From an uncultured Nitrososphaerota archaeon (lineage in GTDB: Archaea; Thermoproteota; Nitrososphaeria; Nitrososphaerales; CADDZS01), in contig CAWCYI010000004.1 of the NCBI GenBank assembly GCA_963799845.1, forward strand, positions 608,001-672,000: DNA of 64,000 bases, given 5' to 3'. Shown piece after piece: positions 59,041-64,000 of the stretch; the stretch's first letter is position 1; each line of letters begins with the position of its first letter. The notes below the pieces were generated by a model. The model ran no database searches. It saw nothing but the letters and a program-made list of their open reading frames with translations, and was not told the origin of the DNA. Both the position numbers and the translations under genes were made by a program.

Positions 59041-60108
59041 TTGGACGCCGAGAAAAACAAGAAACTCCAGCAATACGCGACGATTCTCACGGATCAAGCA
59101 AAAGAAGCCGAGCTGTCGGGTAAATCCGACGACGCGATAAAGCACTACCTCAAGTTGGTGGACGTATTCCTAGTCCTAGCGAGCGAGGCGGCCGATCACA
59201 ACACGTGGTTACAATACATCAGACAAGCGGAAGCGTACCAAACGAGAATCAGGTCTCTCGTCCCAAAGGATCAGGGTTCTCAAGACTTGATCGGTAGGAT
59301 TCCCCCACCTCCTAACGAGAGAATAAATCCGCTTATTGTGCGTAAAATGGACCCCGTTTCTCAACAAACAACCAGCCCGCCTACGAATCAGTCAGCGGCG
59401 AATCCTCCCAGGTCAAGTCCAATCACAAAAATTCTCAAGCCTTTTCAGAATCGCGAGGTAGAAGTCGATCCGACTACAAACTTAGTGGCGAGGCAAACGA
59501 TTCAAACACCTGCTCCATCCCCGACCATGCAATCACAGGTATCTCCGCCCGCTCCTCCTAAACCATCGGTGGCTCCAGCCGAGGAAAAAAGTCCTGTACC
59601 GCACGAGCTTTACGAGCGAGCGCTGTCAGAAAATAGGATCCTCCATGAGAGGCTTCAGACTATAGTAAAAGAGACGGATGATAAAGCGGCTTTCCTAGAG
59701 TCTAGAAATCGGGAGCTTGAGGAGAGAATTGCCATGATGGTATCCAGATCAGAGTATGATCTCCTTCGAGCGGAATTTGAGAACACGGTGCCGAAACACG
59801 AGTATGATCGAGTAAAAACGGAGCTCTCAAACACCGTTCCGATCACGCATTACGATCAACTCCTAGATCGGATTGCAAACATGGTCCCCAGGGAAATCTA
59901 CATGACTTCCGAGCGCCGTATTCTCGAACTCGAAGACAATCTTCGCCACTCTGTTCCATTCAACGTGATTGACGAAATCGCCAACGAAGTCTCTTACGTC
60001 AGTATTCTAGCAGAGGTTCCTCCGATCGTTTCGGAGAACCCAAAGAAGGACAATGACGAAGAGATTCAGCTTGTTAAGAACGCCGAAGAAAATCCTAAGC
60101 TATCGTGA
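59041..60108 (+). CDS. MIT-domain protein with Pro-rich linker and repeat coiled coil
   Basis: N-terminal three-helix pattern like the CdvC/Vps4 MIT domain; no Walker motifs; VPxxxY repeats. Confidence 0.65.
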   Translation: MDAEKNKKLQQYATILTDQAKEAELSGKSDDAIKHYLKLVDVFLVLASEAADHNTWLQYIRQAEAYQTRIRSLVPKDQGSQDLIGRIPPPPNERINPLIVRKMDPVSQQTTSPPTNQSAANPPRSSPITKILKPFQNREVEVDPTTNLVARQTIQTPAPSPTMQSQVSPPAPPKPSVAPAEEKSPVPHELYERALSENRILHERLQTIVKETDDKAAFLESRNRELEERIAMMVSRSEYDLLRAEFENTVPKHEYDRVKTELSNTVPITHYDQLLDRIANMVPREIYMTSERRILELEDNLRHSVPFNVIDEIANEVSYVSILAEVPPIVSENPKKDNDEEIQLVKNAEENPKLS

Positions 60109-60664
60109 CTTCGACTTTCTTCAACTTGTCAAAGTAGTGTTTTCGGAACTTTGCAACTTTTGGAGCTACTATCGCCCGACAGTAAGGTTGGTACGGATTA
60201 TTCTTGAAGTAATTCTGGTGGTACTCCTCAGCTTTGAAGAATTCCACAAGAGGAACTAGCTGCGTCACGGTCGGCCTTCCCCACATCTTACTCTTGTTTA
60301 TCTCGTCGATGACTTCCTCGGCTACTTTCTTTTGATTCTCGTCGCTGTAGAAAATCACTGACCGGTATTGGCTGCCAGTGTCCGCACCCTGTCTGTTTAG
60401 GGTGGTGGGGTCATGGATTGAGAAAAAGACCTGAAGTATTTCTCGATATGTGATTACGGAAGGGTCGTACGTGACCCGAACAACCTCAGCATGACCAGTT
60501 TCGTCCGAACAAACGTCTTCATAGGTCGGATTCCTAACGGATCCACCTGAATATCCAGATTCGACCTTCAAGACACCCTTCAGCTCAGTGTAAACCGCTT
60601 CGAGGCACCAGAAGCAACCTCCGCCGAGAGTCGCTATTTCAAGATCGGGCAAATTACTACTCAT
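60095..60664 (-). CDS. msrA: Peptide-methionine (S)-S-oxide reductase
   Basis: GGGCFW, TGHAE, HDPT, QYRS, AEEYHQNY. Confidence 0.97.
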   Translation of the reverse strand: MSSNLPDLEIATLGGGCFWCLEAVYTELKGVLKVESGYSGGSVRNPTYEDVCSDETGHAEVVRVTYDPSVITYREILQVFFSIHDPTTLNRQGADTGSQYRSVIFYSDENQKKVAEEVIDEINKSKMWGRPTVTQLVPLVEFFKAEEYHQNYFKNNPYQPYCRAIVAPKVAKFRKHYFDKLKKVEVTIA

Positions 60665-60711
60665 GGGTGAGGTAAAACGATGTTCCGGGGTATAAACGTG
60701 TCAGTCAACCC

Positions 60712-61128
60712 CTAGATCATGTCTTTGGCCAATTTACCCGGACGGGTTCTTCTCACTAGATCGGTCGAAGTAATGATCCCTACGAGCTCGCCGCTTTCTA
60801 ATACGGGGAGTTTCGTTATGTTGTTTTTCGACATAATGGCTGACGCCTCGGACAGCGTCTCGCCAGCTTCAATAGTAACTACGGGCGTGGTCATTACGCT
60901 GGCAGCTGTGATTTTTTGAGGATCGCGCCTTTTCATTACTGCCTCACGAATTATGTCGCTCTTGGTGGCGATCCCGATTACTTTCTTGTTTTCAAGTACG
61001 ACGACGCAACCAATGTCGTGATCAAGCATTTCTTGTGCGATGTCATAAGCAGTAGAGGTAGAATCGACGGACACCACCTTTTTCGACATGAGATCCTTGA
61101 CAGGTGCAGTCATCGCCAGCTGGGTCAA
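60712..61128 (-). CDS. CBS domain pair protein
   Basis: VKDLMS...IGCVVV...VMTTPVV...KLPV...LVGIITSTD. Confidence 0.92.
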   Translation of the reverse strand: MTQLAMTAPVKDLMSKKVVSVDSTSTAYDIAQEMLDHDIGCVVVLENKKVIGIATKSDIIREAVMKRRDPQKITAASVMTTPVVTIEAGETLSEASAIMSKNNITKLPVLESGELVGIITSTDLVRRTRPGKLAKDMI

Positions 61129-61285
61129 TTGGTATTCGGATAACTGGTTTCGCGATGTGACATATTAGGCTAGCTTTGCACTTTGATTGATAAACGGAGA
61201 ACGTAGTGCCAGACTTGCCACGCAATCAAGTAGCGTAGCAAATCAACGTAAAGGAAAAAGTTCAGTCTGAGAAAATTGGACGGAG

Positions 61286-61417
61286 CTAGCCCGAGGACGT
61301 AAATTCACGAGCTTCCTCAGCCGTTATAGAATTATCGTCTGAGTAAAGACAAGTCTGACATGTTCCGTCCTCTATCTCGCTTTCACACTTTTCGCAGTTC
61401 TCTTCAATGACCAACAT
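61286..61417 (-). CDS. Small zinc-ribbon protein
   Basis: MLVIEENCEKC...GTCQTC. Confidence 0.5.
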   Translation of the reverse strand: MLVIEENCEKCESEIEDGTCQTCLYSDDNSITAEEAREFTSSG

Positions 61418-61530
61418 CTTACCGCCTTCTAAACAGAAGCTCCTGTAAGTACTTACAAAGAAGGATGGAAATAATCGTTTAGTCAATATTGATTCTTCTG
61501 GGGAATCATACAAAATTCAGGCAAACGTTC

Positions 61531-62850
61531 TCAGGAGATTTCGCCGATTAGAAACGCAGAGATTTCATCGCCCTGTCTTACACTCGTTCTTCCGTCTCTT
61601 CCGATGACGGCAATCCCATTCGCCTCACGCAGCCACGACGAGAACTGTGCCTCCGTTGGTCTGACGATCTTCGCCCAGTACATCTCCCCATCTCGGGAGA
61701 TTCTAACCCTGAGAAAGTGTGTCAGCCCCGCCTTACCATCGTAGTCGTCATCGATCGTTGCACGGATCATGGGGTAATCCAAGGATGAACTCCCCCCAAG
61801 CTTCAGGATAGCCGGTCGACCGAAGACAAGGAAACTGACAATCGCAGATGTTGGGAATCCGGGTAATAGAATCAACGGTTTTCCGCGGCGTACTGCAAGA
61901 CCAGTCGGACTCGAAGGCCGCATGGCGACCCCGTGAACCAGGATCTTGACGCCTTTGATAGACTCGGCTGCCTTGGTGACGTAGTCTCTTTCGCCAACCG
62001 AAGAGCCGGCGGAAAGGAAAAGTGCATCGTACTTGAAGCCTTCAATCATTTTGGCTCTGACCTGCTCCAGATTATCTCGCGCGATTCCAAGATCCTCTGG
62101 AATCCCGCCGAGCTCATTAATCATCGAAGAGAGAAACGGACGATTCGAATCAAATATGCCGACTCGATTCGTAGATCTACGCTTTCTACTTCCCCCTAGA
62201 CCGACATCCTCGAGTTCGTCTCCCGTTGAGAAGAACGCCACTCTGGGCTTCGCGTAAACCAGAAATCGATTGATTCCCTGCATCGAGAGGAGGGCAATGT
62301 GTTGGGGTCGCAGACGCGTACCAGCAGAGAACAGGATCTGTCCTTTTCTCAAATCCTGTCCCGGGGAAAGAATGTTTTCGCCGACTTTGGCAGGCTTTGT
62401 TGCCCTGAGACTGTCTCGTTCCACCTGAGCGTATTCAATCATGACAACGGCATTAGCTCCCTGTGGAATGTAAGCACCTGTTGAGATTCTCGCGGCTTCG
62501 CCAGCCCGAATGGAGAGCCTCGGAACCTCTCCGATCCGGACTTCGCCGACAATTTTGAGCGGTTGATTTTCCTCGACACCCGTGTCCTCAGGGAGTTTGA
62601 TCGCATATCCGTCGCGAGTCGACCTTGCGAACTTTGGAAGATTCTGCGGACTCATCAGATCCTTAAACAAGACTCTGTTATCGGATTCTGAAATCGTTAC
62701 TTCTTCAGATCTGGTTTTTCGAATCTCGTTTAGCAAAATTTTTAGGGCGTCGCTGACGCTCATGTGTTCTTCGGCCCTGTCAACACCGTGATAGTGTGAG
62801 TGGTTGTGTTCTTCTTCCATTGTCATATCATCTGCAAAGTTTCTGGACAA
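61531..62850 (-). CDS. moeA: Molybdopterin molybdotransferase
   Basis: STRDGYA, ISTGA, FSTGDEL, DSN, SAGSSVGERD, LPGFP. Confidence 0.95.
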   Translation of the reverse strand: MSRNFADDMTMEEEHNHSHYHGVDRAEEHMSVSDALKILLNEIRKTRSEEVTISESDNRVLFKDLMSPQNLPKFARSTRDGYAIKLPEDTGVEENQPLKIVGEVRIGEVPRLSIRAGEAARISTGAYIPQGANAVVMIEYAQVERDSLRATKPAKVGENILSPGQDLRKGQILFSAGTRLRPQHIALLSMQGINRFLVYAKPRVAFFSTGDELEDVGLGGSRKRRSTNRVGIFDSNRPFLSSMINELGGIPEDLGIARDNLEQVRAKMIEGFKYDALFLSAGSSVGERDYVTKAAESIKGVKILVHGVAMRPSSPTGLAVRRGKPLILLPGFPTSAIVSFLVFGRPAILKLGGSSSLDYPMIRATIDDDYDGKAGLTHFLRVRISRDGEMYWAKIVRPTEAQFSSWLREANGIAVIGRDGRTSVRQGDEISAFLIGEIS

Positions 62851-62860
62851 GCTTGCCGAA

Positions 62861-63730
62861 CTAACTAGCTACCTGACCAGGGTGCTCTAGTCTAATGTCT
62901 CTCTTCGGGTTATAGATTGCTATTACGAGGAAAGCGATCATAGCTAACAAACCGAGCCCAATGACTGCAAAATTATGTAATGAGAAATTCGCGACGACTC
63001 CATCAACCATGAGTAGAACGTAAGCTATCACTGAATCGCGGCCATTGCTTCTCTTGATTAAGTTTGAACCGCTCTTCGGGGAAAGCAGTGAAAGGCAGAC
63101 GAAAATCATCAATGCAACGAGGACAAACCAACCTAGAAAGTTCGTCAACGGGATTCCATCGAGCTCGGGCAGGGGGAGGAACTGACCCGTCCAGACCCAA
63201 TATCCGTAGGCTGAAAACATTGGGTCTATCATAAAGTCCCACGAAACGGCACCAAACGCCGATAGCAACGCTATTTTTGCAATCAGTGAAGCCTTGCCGG
63301 AACCCCCGCTAAATTGTCTAGAATTCCCCGCGACAATGCTGTAGGACAGGTACGATATTACAAACCAGACAAGTGGAACTACAACAGGTACGCCTAGAAA
63401 TTTTTCACCCAGGAAATCAGTGTAGTAGTATTTCCCAAATGGAATCCCAGAATTCGTTCCAAGAACTTCTGCTAAAAATCCGATTGCTGAAGTAATTGCT
63501 AGAAACGAAATGGCATTTTTGATCCCAAACTCGTAAATTGATTGTCCCAGGGCAAAGAAAAGTAACGCGAACGACAACCCAAAGAATATGTCCGCAGATA
63601 CGCTGAACTTGAAAATCAGACCGAGCACAATGAAGATGAGAATTACTGCGTAGACCGCGAGTAGAATATGTACAACCAAGCTTCCGAGGGTTCGAGAGTT
63701 GTTCCCCGATTGCAAAGTTGATTTACTCAT
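62861..63730 (-). CDS. cruF: Carotenoid biosynthesis protein (CruF/DUF422 family)
   Basis: AEVLGTNSGIPFGKYYY, VPVVVPLVW, WDFMIDP, YWVW, GIPLTNFLGW. Confidence 0.85.
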   Translation of the reverse strand: MSKSTLQSGNNSRTLGSLVVHILLAVYAVILIFIVLGLIFKFSVSADIFFGLSFALLFFALGQSIYEFGIKNAISFLAITSAIGFLAEVLGTNSGIPFGKYYYTDFLGEKFLGVPVVVPLVWFVISYLSYSIVAGNSRQFSGGSGKASLIAKIALLSAFGAVSWDFMIDPMFSAYGYWVWTGQFLPLPELDGIPLTNFLGWFVLVALMIFVCLSLLSPKSGSNLIKRSNGRDSVIAYVLLMVDGVVANFSLHNFAVIGLGLLAMIAFLVIAIYNPKRDIRLEHPGQVAS

Positions 63731-63787
63731 GACGTGCTTCTGGGTATTCCGCCTCTTTGCTGTGCCTCTGTTTTGAAAAAAGTTTCC

Positions 63788-64000
63788 CTACTGCGCGAAA
63801 TTGTCGAGGGTTGGAGCTGCATCGTCATCTCCAGGAGACCAGCATAAGGAAGACCCAGAAGTGTCTAGCCCATATTCGGTTGCTTTACTAATCACTTGCT
63901 GGCGAACTGTTGATCCACCCTCCATGAGTTTCTCGGCACTCTGCCCTGATCTCTCCTCAAACATTTGTTTGGATTGTTCGTATCCTACGAACCGCAACAA
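63788..64000 (-). CDS. Hypothetical protein, 5'-partial
   Basis: Open frame runs off the window edge. Confidence 0.45.
   Translation of the reverse strand: MLRFVGYEQSKQMFEERSGQSAEKLMEGGSTVRQQVISKATEYGLDTSGSSLCWSPGDDDAAPTLDNFAQ

Overview
Archaeal chromosomal window, inferred from TFB, RadA, TATA-type promoters and class III signal peptides. Gene style suggests a Nitrososphaerota/Thaumarchaeota lineage (inference). Main candidate for an undescribed system: a compact end-joining (NHEJ)-like operon at 915-3186. It encodes a divergent Ku-like protein (one in-frame TAA), a minimal ATP-dependent ligase (KYEGIR motif I) and a 179-aa palm+thumb-only PolX, and lies downstream of a DUF72 gene. A stand-alone PNKP-type kinase sits in a radA-alkA cluster about 50 kb away. 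Other notable items: a TnpB-only IS200/IS605 element whose exact ends, TAM and guide can be read from the VOC gene it interrupts; an 11-bp-phased YTACWGTAA array shared by radA and an unknown gene; a MIT-domain protein without ATPase; a thiolase lacking its catalytic Cys paired with DUF35; and a zinc-ribbon/SHOCT/PH-like operon. The window also holds glycosylation, peptide-catabolism and surface-protein clusters, plus small Cys/His proteins below the ORF-track cutoff. About eight single-base frame disruptions look like sequencing artefacts. No rRNA, tRNA or CRISPR array was recognised. All family calls are from motif recognition by eye, not database searches.
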